Assembly: GCA_003971905.1 (NCBI GenBank)
Contig: RSEE01000028.1
Location: 186,001-250,000, forward strand
DNA length: 64,000 bases
Source: Moniliella sp. 'wahieum'
Taxonomy: Eukaryota
Direction: 5' to 3'
A program made the position numbers and the translations under genes. Below the pieces are notes generated by a model. That model had not been told where the DNA came from. It saw only the letters and a list, made by a program, of their open reading frames with translations, and ran no database searches. Shown here piece after piece: positions 25,002 through 37,194 of the stretch. Each line of letters begins with the position of its first letter. Position 1 is the stretch's first letter.

Positions 25002-25898
25002 TGCTGCCCCCTTGGGCCGTCCCTAATGGCGTGATGCCGGCCCATTCCCATTCCCGCCGAGGATGGCACGTTGAGCATGTGTTGAACGTTGGTTGAAAAT
25101 GGACGGGCACAACAGCTTCTTAGCACCGTTCCGCTCGATCCACTGCCTGATCTCCGAGTCTCAATCTCATCGGTGGTACTTGGTACCTCGCAGTACGTGC
25201 AACGTTTAACGTTTAGCTCACGCGCACGGTACGTTCACGCTGCGCGGGATCCGCTGAACGTTTGAACAAACAAAACTGGTCCTGGCGCCCAGTGCCAGTG
25301 CGCATCCACGTATCCAACACCGAGGACAGGCACGGAGGACCACCGAGTCCGACTGGTACCCTGCATTGTAGTGCTTGGCAGGACAGCGCAGGGCTTGGAA
25401 GGCCGGGGTGGGCCAGGGTCGCCCAGGGTCGACCAGGGTGGCAACGTGGAAGCACGCCCACCATGCAGCTCGGGGGGGCGGATCGGCGCGCCCCGGGCAC
25501 TAGAGCACTCTCGAGGCACTGTGCCGTTGGGGCGCGTGCCGCCGGCGCACGCCTGTGCCGACTCCGGCGACTCGATCACTGGTCAGCCATCTCACCGATC
25601 ATGCCGATTGCGCGTAGGGCGCCCGGACGCAGCCGGGCGCGGGGCCAGTGCGGCGCCACCCCAGCCAAATGAGCCCATCGGGCACCTGTCCAGGCCGGCC
25701 AAACGAGCCGCGTGTCCATGCCCCCCGTCGCTTTGTCGCCCGCCCGCGCCGCTCTCTCTTCCGTGCGCCTGCGCTCAGCTGGCGCTGAATGGCCTGAATG
25801 CGTGTCGCTTGTGAAACGGAAAACAAACAGTCGGTGCAAATGCTCCCAACCATTCCAATGTGGTCGCGCTGGATAACTGGGGCTCTGTCAAATTAAAT

Positions 25899-25984
25899 TC
25901 TCCGATGTTTAGTGGCTATGACACGTCCCTGTCACCGAGCAAGGACGAACGGACGAGACCCGGGTTCGATTCCCGGTCGGAGAG
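25899..25984 (+). tRNA. tRNA-Asp(GTC) with ~15-nt intron
   Basis: Acceptor TCTCCGA/TCGGAGA plus G73; anticodon stem CGTCC/GGACG around CT-GTC-A; intron after position 37; T-arm CCGGG-TTCGATT-CCCGG; T-runs just downstream. The D-arm appears one base short, probably an assembly error. Confidence 0.92.
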
Positions 25985-26429
25985 TCCTTTTCCTTTTGCA
26001 AAAATGCTATGGAGCCAAACCAACCCCCTACTGCGAGCTCACCGCGTTTCACGTCCTGAGATCCCCCCATGGCCGCAATAGTGGAAGCTCACAACTGCAT
26101 CCAGCGCAATACAAAAGTCGTAAGCGTCGCATTAGGCAATGGAGAAGCAGGTGGTCAAGGGCAGCACAAAAAAGAGTGTGGCGGGAGCACCTTGTATGCG
26201 CTCAGCGAGGACAGAGAGGCAAGAAATCCCCCCCATATGTAGATGCAACAAGTACAGGGTCATCAGTCTCTGTATAAATAGGAGGGCCAACGGTTGTGGG
26301 AACGCAACCAGCAAGCATGGGCAAGCCAACAACCGAGGGAGTGGGAGGAGGGGGGGGGGCAGGGCAAGAGCAAGGGCATACTCATCCGCAAGGCAATGCA
26401 ATGTAACGAGCGCCTCCTCCGGCCTGGTT

Positions 26430-29400
26430 TCAATTCCAGAGGGGAGCAAACCAACCCCCATCCATCTGCCCCGTTTGGAACTCGTTGTCGGCGTCCCACT
26501 CTTCTGCCGGCATCTGGGTCACATCGCTTACGGGGACAACGCACGATAGCAGTTGGCGCAGCCGAGCAAAATTGACGGGCTTGGTCAGCCAACCGTCGAG
26601 ACCGTCCGAGCGCAGCGTCTCGCGCAACGTCTCTTCCAGCGTTGCGCTGACGGCCAAGATGGGGACGCGGCGACGCGGCGACGCGCTTGATGGGACCGGG
26701 TGCTGAATTTCGACGGCTCGGATCGCACGCGTGGCACCTTGGCCATCGAGCACAGGCATCTGGAGGTCCATCAGCCCACATCGATATCTCGATTGGCGGT
26801 GAACCGTTGGAGCGCCTGTTGGCCGTCCTCGGCCTCTTGCACCGACGTGTGGCCATCCATCACGAGCCGCTTCTTGAGAATCATCCGGTTCACCGAATTG
26901 TCATCCACAACTAGGATTCGTAGTGGCGGGGTGGCCTTGGGGCGTTTGGCTCGGTCCCCAGCCTGCTTGGCTGCCACAACGGTGTGGACACCGGTCGCAC
27001 TGGCTCGGCGAGCAGCAAAGTCGGGCCGCTTGGGAACCTTGAGCGTCGGAGCAGGTGAAGGTGACGGTGCATTGCGCGCGTCAGGAGCCACACTGGTTCC
27101 AGCCGACCGGCGAGGGGCCACACCAATTTGGGTTGGGGAAGACTGGGGCAAGGAGAGACGCTTGTCCCCATCTGCAGATGCAGTAGGGTGCATCGACGAC
27201 GACGCACCGAGCGCGGCTGGGACGGGGCCAGTCTGTTGCTCGATCAACGCCCCTGATTTTGGCCCCGACACAGTTCGTATCACAGCGGCAGCGGTAGTGG
27301 GAGAGGCAGGGTGAAAGGGAGATGAACTTTCGTCAATCGAGCTTTGACGTAAAGTAGGTCGAGCGCCAGGACCGAAAGAGGCAATGGAAGATCCCATGCT
27401 GGAGGAGCCCATGGGCTGCTGGGACCGGCCAGCAAAGGTGAGAGGCAAGCGGAAGGTAAGCGTGGTTCCTATGCCTTCTTGGCTATCGACCCGAAGCTGG
27501 CCCTTGAGCAGCTTGACCGTGTGCGCCACGACGGCCAAGCCGACGCCTAGACCGTCCTTGGACTTTTTGGGTTCGGGAACAAACGAGGATTGGGTCGTGG
27601 TGGCCCCTGTTCTTCCTTCCAAGGACGTGGAGACACCAGGATCATAGGTCACTTCGGCATGCGTCACTGTCGGTGCACCCACCTCCACCTTGATCGTCTC
27701 CACCTCTTCCAAGGCACGAAAGATGGACTCGAGCAAGGCGCGCGGCATGCCTTTGCCATTGTCGCTGATCATCAGCTCGTACACTGCCATGGGCGAGAGC
27801 AAGGACTTGGCGTCCGTGTCGACGGGCTGGGGCAGCTGGTGCAGCTCCACCTCGACGGTTCCCGTCTCCGATGCCGAGTTGGCAAACGAGTTGGAGAGAA
27901 CGTTTGATGAGTTGGCGGATGCGGCACCGATCGCTAACAACCAAGGTGGTATCGGCGTTGAGGTTGGTGACCAAGTTGATGCCCCGCCGGCTGGCCTCGG
28001 CTTCAAACAGCTGCACGGCATCTTTCACCAGCGCCACAAGGTCAAAGGTATCAGAGCGAACGCTGGGGCCGGTAACCGACTCTTCGTCGGCAGATAGACG
28101 GGTGAGGTCGAGCAACTCATTGACGGTATGGAGCAAGGAGCGACGGCAGAATAACTGTTACGGATGTGCTCTTTGGCCTCGGCGTCCAAGGGCCATCGAG
28201 GGTGAGTTCGAGAAAGCCAAGGATCTGGTTCAGAGGCGTGCGCACATCGTGGCGCGCTTGAGAGGAGGCGGGAAGTAAGTTGGGTGAGCCGGGTGGCCTG
28301 TTCTTCTTTCTCCTCCAGATGGAGATGAAGCGGCCAAACATGTGCGAGATGGTCTCCGCCGCATCCAGATCCTCTTGCGAAAACGCCAGCGACTCGTCCG
28401 CAATCGTTTGCATCCACAGCTTAAAGCTTTTCCGCGGCTCCAGCTCCGAGTTGGCATCGGTCTCGGCACCACCGTCAGGACGATAGTCCGACTTGTACGG
28501 GTTTCCAGCCCACCGGACATGCTTCGTCTGAGGCTTGCGCATGAAGCACATAAAGTCCGTCCCGGACCCAGAGAGGGGGATGAGAATGAGGCCAGCGATC
28601 GAGGTGAGCTGAAAGGGAAGCACCATGTCGGTAAAGCATTTGAGCACATTGGACGTGGACAGAATGGTCGTGTACCGCTTGAGACGAAGATACTCGGCCA
28701 AGCCCAACACTTCTTGGCTTGAGTCGAGGGGGCCGAGGATCTTGACCTCCTTGCCCATACTGATCACACCATAGTCCGCACGAAACAGGTGGAAGAGCTC
28801 TTCGGGGTCCGAGTTAAAGTAGCCCGAGGGAGCCATCGTCGCAGGCCGCGACATGCTCAACAAATCCTGCCGGTTTTGCAAGCCCGGCGAGGGTAAGCCG
28901 CTCAATGTGTTGGCTGATCGAGTCAGCCAAGAGACAACAAAGCCGACGAAGCGGAAACGCGATTCGCTTGCCGTGAGGCCCATAGTTGTGCAGCGCAATC
29001 AACCCCCACAATTGGCCAAACGCCATGAGACTCAAGCTCATACTCGCGCGTACCCGCATGTTACTCAGATACTTGAGGTGGATTGGTGACATGGCCCGCA
29101 ACATGCAGTGGGTCATGTCGAGGGGGTGGGTGAGCGCAGCAGCAGAACGAGCTACAAGACGAGCGGTGGGCTGGTCCCGATCGTACAACAGTCGAATGCG
29201 GTTGATCCGGTACAGGTCTCGAGCTTGTGGGGGAATGTCTGTCGCAGGAAATCGGAGGCCGAGGTACAGGTCGTGAGTGTCGTCCCATGAAACGAGTTCG
29301 GTTACGACTTGGCCATTGTAGGCATGGTCAAATTGGTACACCATCACTCGACTGTACCCAGACGTTACCTCGGCCAGGATGCCTACAGCGACACGGAGGC

Positions 29401-30834
29401 AAGTCGGCAGATCCTTGGCAGCAGTCAGTTGTTCGTTGGCTTGGAGCATAATCGTAACTAGGTCCACCTCCTTGGATTGCTTGGACCTTTGACCGGCCCG
29501 GGAGCGACGTGCACTAGTAGACATAGAGAGGCACGCAAGGGCTTGGCCCCCGAAACAGTGGATTGCTGCTTTTGAGCCTCGGTCGGGAGGTACGGTTGAG
29601 ACTCATCGTCCTCCTCCTCTTCTTGAATCGACCCTTGCTCCTCGGACAGATTAGGCAAAAGGTTGGCATCGGACGGGGTGAAGGACTCCAGTCGCGGCCT
29701 CCCAATGCTCTGCCGCGATAGCGATGAAATGCCGTCGCTAGTGCTCACAGTGCTTGCCAAGCTTGAACTGGCCTTGCGGTTGAATGGTTGGGCCAACATC
29801 GATTGGGGCGCATGGCCGGCCGAGGCGGTTTCGAGCGGATTGAGATGATCATTGACCAGTTCTAACTCGAGCACCAAAGTGGCTTGCCTATCCTCCGGTG
29901 CGGCGAGAGGGCGGGTGCCGTGTGCACGCAGCATAACAAGCACGGGCTGGCATTCCTGCCGGACCTGGAATGGAAAGCTTGAACTGCTGCGGGCCAGAAT
30001 GGACCAACTCCTCCCCCGTCATTTCTTCAGCAACGTCGACATGAAGCCAAAGCAAGTCCGCCTGTTCATCGTCGAGCAAGTCTGCAAATGAATCAAGATC
30101 AAAAAGATCCTGGGGGTGAGGCCCAGCAGTTTCTCCACGTTCTCCGAGACGAGCTGGACCTTGAGTGACCCTTCGTCATCACTCTGGAGTGTGATCAGCA
30201 CACCAAAGCCTTGCACGGCCCCAGGAGCGTGGATGGGCTGTACAGCGAGTTGATGGAGATGGAAAGGGTTAGTTGTAGGCTACCACAAAAACGCGCGATG
30301 TATGCATACCTCGTCCCGGCAACGGTATATTTGGTTTGACCGACCGTCGACAATCATGTTTCCTTCAGGGGTTTGAATGTGCTTGAAGCGCGAGGTGCGC
30401 AACAGATCATCAAGGTGGTCCTTGGCCTCGGCTTGTATCGTCCGCGGGGTGGAAGTGGTGTTTACTAAGGGGCTGGACTGCGTGACAAGAGGCGCAGACA
30501 AGTCGGGAGGCTTGGCCGGAGCATTCGAGGGTGGGACAAAAGTACTTTGTAATGCTCCTTCCTTCTGGGCAGCGCCAACGTCGCCTGCGGCGCACGTGCT
30601 GCCTATCCAGGCTGATACGTCGGGTGGGGATACAGGTTGGGCTGCGTGTAGCGCATCGAACGAAGCGGAATGGCTACCATTAGGGAAGGAGGCCATAGGC
30701 GGGGAAACATCTGGAGGCATGGCCGCACCGGTCAAGGCGCCAGAACCCGTGTCAGCCGCGTCGTTGGAGAGAACATTGGTGGAACTGATGGCTGGCTTGG
30801 GCAGCAGGGCTGAGTTGGCGGCTCCTCCATTCAT
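26430..30834 (-). CDS. Fungal phytochrome (PAS-GAF-PHY-histidine kinase-receiver), FphA-like
   Basis: YRCRDE|PIHAPGAVQGFG (bilin-binding Cys at 30319-30321; intron 30238-30309), GLRFPATDIPPQARDLY, MLRAMSPIHLKYLSNM, LEPRKSF, H-box HDVRTPLNQILGFLE, DNGKGM/GLGVGLAVV, and receiver LRILVVDDNSVN..MDLQMPVLDG..KPVNF. Frameshifts. Confidence 0.95.
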
Positions 30835-31942
30835 AGATGCCAGCGAGGGAAGCTGGTCGAGGGGTACAACCTGACGGCGCCTCCCCGGCGCATGCTTCGG
30901 CGAGAGGTCGGGCCAAGAGGGCGCCGCGGGGTAACGGACACAGCAGAAGAGAGAGGGAAGATATACCCGCCGTCGGGGCGGGATGAGGGGGAGGTGTCGA
31001 GGCGAGCAAGGCGGGAATGAGTGGTGCGACCTGTACGGGGGCTCAGCCGTGGCAAAGGAGAGTCTGGCTCTGATGGCATGTGGTGGATGATGCAGATGAT
31101 GGCCCGGAATCGATAAGGGAAAATCGGTAATCGGCAACTGGAGACGACGAGAGGAGGACAGCTGGCGGTGGTGGCACTGATGAGCACAGCGTGAGTACAG
31201 CGACCCTGGCAGTACGATTAATCAGCTTGATCGTTTTGAATATGGCTCAGATTGATCGGCGATTCGAGTGGCACATGGCGCTGGAGGGCTACGGAGCGAA
31301 GAGCGGGCCGGCGAGACAGTATTCTGACGGGTTGCGATACACGTTTGCATCTTTTTCGCCGCTGCCGTGCACTAGCTTCACGGCACGGTCACTGTCCCCC
31401 ATCTCATGCACGCTAGCCACTTGCCACTGAAGGCACTAGTCTAGCCACTGTGACTAGCTAGTCACGGCCAACAGAGTTGCCAGCCATGGGTGGCTAGCCA
31501 CTCGTGCGTGCACTCTCGGCTACTACTCAGATCGCAGATGTCACAGTCTCATATCGCATGTATCATGCATGAAGCCTGAGGCCCTGAGGCGGCGGGGGAT
31601 AGTGTGGGCGAGCTTGTAGCACGCGGCGGACCAAAATTGACGCGATGAGGACGAGGACGTATCGGTGACCGGGTCGGGTCGACAGGGGCCGCGGGGATCG
31701 AGATTCGATGGCCTCGATCCATCGATCATCGAGAGTGAGATTGCGCGCTTTGCTGTTACAATTCAGTGCGTTCAGTGCCTGTGGGTGGCGAAAAATAACA
31801 GGCGCAAATGTAACCACGGAGAGTCCCCCTCGCGGGCCACCAGTGACTGAGCGGATTAATGTACGTACGTTTTAATGCCCCGGTGACCGTTGCTTGCTTG
31901 TTGTCCCAGTTCCTTCGTACTGCCTGCTGCTGGATGGGCGGA

Positions 31943-31996
31943 TTGAAGCTTGAAGCTTGAAGCTCGAGCTCGAAGCTCGAAGCTCGAAGCTCGAAG
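31943..31996. repeat. (TTGAAGC)n/(CTCGAAG)n heptamer array
   Basis: ttgaagcttgaagcttgaagctcgagctcgaagctcgaagctcgaagctcgaag. Confidence 0.9.
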
Positions 31997-32804
31997 GCCA
32001 ACTTCGCATCACGCTGTCACGTGCCACCCTCGGTTTGCCCGGTGCAACGGGACCCACCCGTCGTCAGTACCGCCAGTGTCAAGCGCCAAAGCTTCAAGCT
32101 TGAAGAGCCCCCAGTAGATGACCGAAAATTCTGCCTAATCCTAAGCCGCTCCCGCTCACACCAGTCTCCTTTGCCAGGCGTGGGCAGCATTCCACCGCAT
32201 CCAGCGGATCCGGCATTCCAATCAGCAGCATCCAGCGCAAGCATCGCCCACTTCAGTCCAATCCACCCTGCCATCACCACCACTACCACGTTCCCCCCAC
32301 CCACTTAATATGCCTTCTTCCGCCTCCTTGCCTTTTAACCAACATCCAAAACGGAAACACACATTCATTCGACACGGGCGGGTGTGAAAAATTGAAACAT
32401 GGGTCATGGCGGGATTGGAAAATGGGTAAAACGGCTGCATAAGCGGAATGGGGCTGAAGAGGCCGGTGGCAGAGACCCGACGATTGTGGCGACATGCATT
32501 TGGGGCTGCAACCCACGCCTCACCGTCTGGCCTCTTGCTCCGTAACCGCCCCTTCCCTTCGGCCATGCCCTGCGCATGGGACGCATGACAGTCATCCGTC
32601 ACCTGGCTCGTTCGCCGGCAAAGAAGCTTTTATGTGCGCATGCGCATCATGTCAAAGCGCAGCCCATCGCCCCATCTCACGTCTCGAGAGGTTCCGGCTG
32701 ATGGGTCCGGGATACGCACTACCCTATGGTCTGGCTACTGATGACTGACGACTGCCACCAAACCTATACTCATCCTCATCGCGCAATGCATGCCCATTTG
32801 GTTC

Positions 32805-33640
32805 TCGCATCAATCACTGTCACTGTCCGAAGAGTCGTCGCTGTTGCCCCCCCTCCGACAGCGGCCACGGCAGGTGTCTTCTTCTTGGCGCGCTTGTCCC
32901 ACAGGTGCATGGCACCCTTCGTTGCAATCCTGTTATTGGCTGGGGGCCAGCACTACTCGTGGAATATCGACGCCATCAGAGTGTCTCGAGGATGGGGAGC
33001 GCCGCGAATGGGAGAGCAACAAGCATAGTGCGCACATCCTTCCCAACCCCAGTCTTTAGGTTAGCCAACAAACCCCTAGCTCGGATATTGGTGCCCTCTG
33101 TGCCAGGATACCCTCCGTGTTGAGATCGCAGATGAATATCAGTCTCTTGGTTGCGGATTTGCTCGACACGCTCATTCGGGGCGCCGAGCGGGTTGTCATG
33201 CGTCCGCGGGTGGCAAAGGACGCGCCCGTGGGCTCTTGAAGGTGGTCCAAAGGAAACACTGGGCTACGTCTGGCATAACTCGTCCTCGGCCATGGTAGTG
33301 TCTACAGGCGAGGAGGCACGGGAAGCAGGGGAAGGCGAGCATGCGTCAGGTGGCTGGGGCATGCTCGCATCTTCGGCCACCTCGTCAATGGCGTGACTGG
33401 CCCCCAGCCTCGCACCCAGCGCCACGTTGTGGCTGTACCTGCGCACCTTCGTGTGCTTGAGTGCATGAAACCGGACATCGGTCGAACTGGGCAAGCAGGG
33501 GACTGGGACAGCAACCCCTCGTCCTGCTTCACCGTGGACCAGGCCGCGGGAAAAGGTACAGCAGATGCGTCTGTCCTATTTTGCACGTGTGCGGCTCGTT
33601 CCATCTGTCGGCATTTTGATGAGCCGACGTCGAAACATGG
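32805..33640 (-). pseudogene. Decayed ORF of unknown function inside the TIR element
   Basis: Protein-like fragments in shifting frames (..AIDEVAEDASMPQPP..TTMAEDEL..; ANLKTGVGKDVRTMLVALPF..; MASIFHE*CWPPANNRIATKGAMHLWDKRAKKK..; GGNSDDSSDSDSD*) with an in-frame stop. No family recognised. Confidence 0.3.
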
Positions 33641-34192
33641 CGGTGGCGACTTGGTAAAAGGATGGGCGAGATGGGTTGTACATATGATATGCATTGGTGG
33701 GTGCTTTTTTTGTCACAGGTCCGGCAGACGATCACGGCCCCCTCTAACCTTTTAAACCTTGCCCCCTCTAACCTTAAAACTTGCCCCCTCTCCCAGAGAC
33801 GCACGCTCTCCCCTTCTTTGATGCTCTTCCAAAGCGTATTACATTCGTCATCCCCTATCTGAAGATGAGAGTGGCGCAGTCCAGATGGCCACCCGGATGG
33901 GTGATGTGGTAGCACTATAGTGTTGGCAGTGTGGTGGTCGAATACGCCACAGCCAACGACATGCTTAATACAAGGGTGCATGAAAGAGCAACAGAGGCTA
34001 TATACCTTAGGGATGCGGAGATCATGGACAAAGCCAACACAAAAGCTAAATGGAATGGTTACAACATCGGAGCTCCTTGACCTCGACCAGGGGCTATCGC
34101 CTTGACTTTTGATGTAACACCGTAGGTCACTAGTCACTAGTCACTAGTATAGCTCAAGTGAGGATAATCGTGACCTGTATAGCGATTCACCC

Positions 34193-34407
34193 GGCTATGG
34201 AGACCGCAATGGATGCTGAAGCGTTTGGGACAGTAGCGTAGGCGATCGATTGCGGGCGAGAGATAGGCGTTGGTGGTAGGAAGCAGGGCGAGCGCTACTG
34301 GACAAGGCTACTAGTCGTTGGCTTACTCTCGGGTACGCGCGCATCACCAGTCTTCGGAGCCCGCGGAGGCTCGGGGCTAGAGAAGCTGCAAAAGTGCGCC
34401 GCGTTCG
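34193..34407 (+). repeat. Dispersed conserved non-coding element, copy B (inside the TIR element)
   Basis: Collinear match to the reverse complement of 19190-19456, with indels. Confidence 0.85.
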
Positions 34408-34573
34408 GTGAAGGCAGTAAGTAGTAACTAGTCACCGTCGCAACAGACAAGTAGTACTACAGCAAGTCGCAAATAGGCAAACTCAAAAGAGCGCTCTTGA
34501 TTGATGATTAGACCCTCGAACGCTGCTGCAGGGGGCCGCTAGTGTTGCGGCGTTAGACAGATATAATAGCTTA

Positions 34574-34633
34574 CCTATAGGCCCCTGGTGTGGCCCAGGA
34601 TTGCCTATAGGCCCCTGGCGTAGCCCAGATTGG
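34574..34633. repeat. 2 x 30-bp tandem repeat in a putative promoter of the element
   Basis: cctataggcccctggtgtggcccaggattg / cctataggcccctggcgtagcccagattgg. Preceded by ATATAATA; GATTGG (inverted CCAATC) ends the second unit and recurs near 34646. Confidence 0.85.
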
Positions 34634-34869
34634 CCTGTGCGCACAGATTGGCTGCGCCACACGCGCCTCTTTTTAACCTCCTGCTCCTCTGTGGTTGCAT
34701 CCTGTCTCCTCACCACCGCCCCTCTCATTGCGCCCGCAACCAGTATCCCTGTGCCACGGCGCAACAGCACCATCTTCTTCCCCTCTGGCCACCAACATCA
34801 CCATCGTTGCTGCCTGCACTGCTTACTGCCCGCCGTCCTCATCCCGCCTCCATCGCTCGGTTCTCCGCG

Positions 34870-35700
34870 CCTGGTCTGCATTGCTGCCGTACGTCTCTAT
34901 TCCCCCCCGCCGCACTCTGCCCTCCTCGCCTCGTCAGTATCGCTGTTGGACGCCCCCTCTGCCTCTCGCCCCGTCCCCCTCAGACTGTCTGCATTGCTTT
35001 TGTCGTATGTGTTCTCTATCACACCAGCGCTCTGTTGCTGACCCCGCGTACACAGACTCCCCCTCGCAGACCATCTTGCCCTCGTTTCACCTGATCCGCA
35101 GAGCCATCGTACGTGCCCGCTTCCTCCGCATTCCCCACACTTCTGCTGACCTTGTGGGTCGCATGCATGACGTGCATGCACCGTTTCGCTCACCTTCGGC
35201 CTTGTCCGTCTGGTTCCATTTTGCCTCGCCTGAGGTCCACTCGCTTGGCTGGTCTGCCTTGCTATCGTACGTCCTCCGTACTTCGCGCTTGGAGTTGTCC
35301 CCACTGACACTGTCTGCCCAGCTGCTGTATGCACGGAATCCCACGGTTGGTTCGTCTCGCCTTGTTCGCCTCAACTCATCTGACCTGTTTCGCCGTCGTA
35401 CGTCCCTTCTGTTATATGCCAACGCTGTTCCTGACCTTGTTCGCCCTACCAGTGTGCATTCCGACTTCATCCCGCTTGCCCTCGCTACTGGCCGTCTTGA
35501 TCGCCTGACCCGTGAGTCCGTCGCACATCTTCTGTGTCTCTCGCTAACCCTATGCTGCTGCACACTTGGCCAGCTTCTCCCTAGTGCGCACTCCCCTCAC
35601 ACTAACCTGCCACTTTCTGTACCGCTCGCTGCTCTACTATGTTGTGGTGCTTCCGCCTGACGTCACACCTAACCGTGGTTGCCGTGTCATCGCTTCCCAG
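34870..35700 (+). ncRNA. Putative multiply spliced non-coding transcript or 5'UTR (array of mini-introns)
   Basis: Donors at 34889, 35005, 35109, 35267, 35398, 35512 and 35584; CTRAC branch points at 35037, 35145, 35303, 35430, 35543 and 35601; CAG acceptors ending at 35055, 35321, 35452 and 35573. No ATG from 34561 to 34888. Confidence 0.5.
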
Positions 35701-36612
35701 CGATCTTCGAATGCATTCTATACCTAAAAAATACCTACCCTGCCTGTAAATCTATAGTAGTTCTGGATCGATGCCAGCCCCATCCAGCCAGCCGGTTAGA
35801 AAGCCTACAAGCACGCATCCAATCAACAGCTAAGCGCTTGGCCCAAATTTGGGCCAAGCGCTTGAGCGCATGTGGCCAAACCGGTTGACCTCAGGTGGGT
35901 CAAGTGCTTGACCTCTTGGGCCAAAACGCTTAACCTCATGTGGCCACAGTATCCAAAAACTCTTGAAGGCACTTTATACGCATTTTTGGGTGATGTGGTC
36001 ATCTAAGCAAAATTTTAATTTTTCACACCCGCCCGTGGAACCTTAGTACTTTGATTCGTTGTTACAGGCTATACCAAAGAAATGGACGGCATCTGCCTGT
36101 ACTACGGGCCAATGGCCGTACAGGCTTCATGGATTTCCGTCTTCACCTTAGGTATGCAATGCATCTGGCAACTCTGGATCCAAAGATTATAGCACTTTCA
36201 TGGTTCTAAGGCGTTGCTTATCAGGTGTTCTTTGGGTTTTGCTCCACATACATATACCTCCCCCCCGTACTCCCTCATTACTAGATCTTTCCCCCCCCTC
36301 CTGCCTCTGCCCCGCAATCGACTTCATTCTCTTTCAGGCTGTTGTTTCCCCCCCCCCCCACTCTCTATTTGGCCCCTCCGCTTCCTTGCGTATCTGCCAC
36401 GCATCACCACTGTCGCCTCCCCACCTCCAACAGTCTTCGCCTAATGGCTTAGCAAGTATGAAATACGCCCAGTGCGAGGCCCCGACTTTTTTCCCTCGAA
36501 GAAAGCACATCCTCTGGGTGGCAGCCGGCGACTCTGACACAGATGGCATGCCGGTTATACGTTTCACGGAGGTTCTTTACGAGACTGTGGTATGAGACCC
36601 TGAATTCTGACG

Positions 36613-36654
36613 GTCCTCGATGGTACTGCAATCGTCCTCGATGGTACTGCAATC
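36613..36654. repeat. Perfect 21-bp tandem duplication
   Basis: gtcctcgatggtactgcaatc x2. Confidence 0.9.
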
Positions 36655-37194
36655 GCACTAGTCGTGGTAGTTGTGGTCAAAGCCAACGATCAAAATGCCT
36701 ACAGCTGAGGAGGGACATGAATTAGTGTGCGCGTGACGTATGGGTCACCTCCATCAGCGCGTCATGGGGGAAGAGGATGTAATCCAGTAGGATGGGGAGA
36801 TTCTGACTACCATGGCTATAGTTGACTGTTCGTCTCCGGCCGTTGTGCGTTGTGCGGCTTGCAAACACAAGCGTGGATTTTTTCCTTCGCAAACATCTCG
36901 CCCCTTGCCTGTCACGTGCCCGGCTGACATAAGAATGCGTGCGAATTGGCATAGGCGCCGGGGCGTGATGGGTGATGGTCAGCGCTGCCTGGCTGGGCTG
37001 GACAGCTTCCATCCCACCATCCGTCCATCCGCCTCCCACCAGCCGCACACGCCCCCCGACGCCGCCGCCCTCCGCCGTGCGCCCGTCTGCCCTTCCACGC
37101 GCATCTCCCCTTCTCCACCTCCTCCCCGCCCCGTCCCTTCCCGTCCCTCCTGCCCGCCTGCCCGCCTGCCCGTCCGCCCGACGCTGCCACCACG

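Larger units (their letters stand above)
32373..36037. mobile_element. Non-autonomous TIR DNA transposon, CMC/EnSpm(CACTA)-like
   Basis: Left end CACGGGCGGGTGTGAAAAATTGAAA (32373-32397) matches the reverse complement of 36013-36037 (CACGGGCGGGTGTGAAAAATTAAAA) at 24/25 positions. GA flanks both ends (2-bp TSD). Subterminal palindrome/repeats at 35832-35947. No transposase motif recognised. Confidence 0.75.

Noticed and set aside
35544..35552. CTAACCCTA as a telomerase RNA template
   Set aside because: It coincides with an intron branch point, similar 8-9-mers occur elsewhere in the window (e.g. ~12347, ~60390), and no other telomerase RNA features were seen.
34695..35660. 321-aa ORF inside the TIR element
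   Set aside because: Starts at TTG, is low-complexity and pyrimidine-rich, and runs through several consensus introns; better explained as unspliced non-coding sequence.
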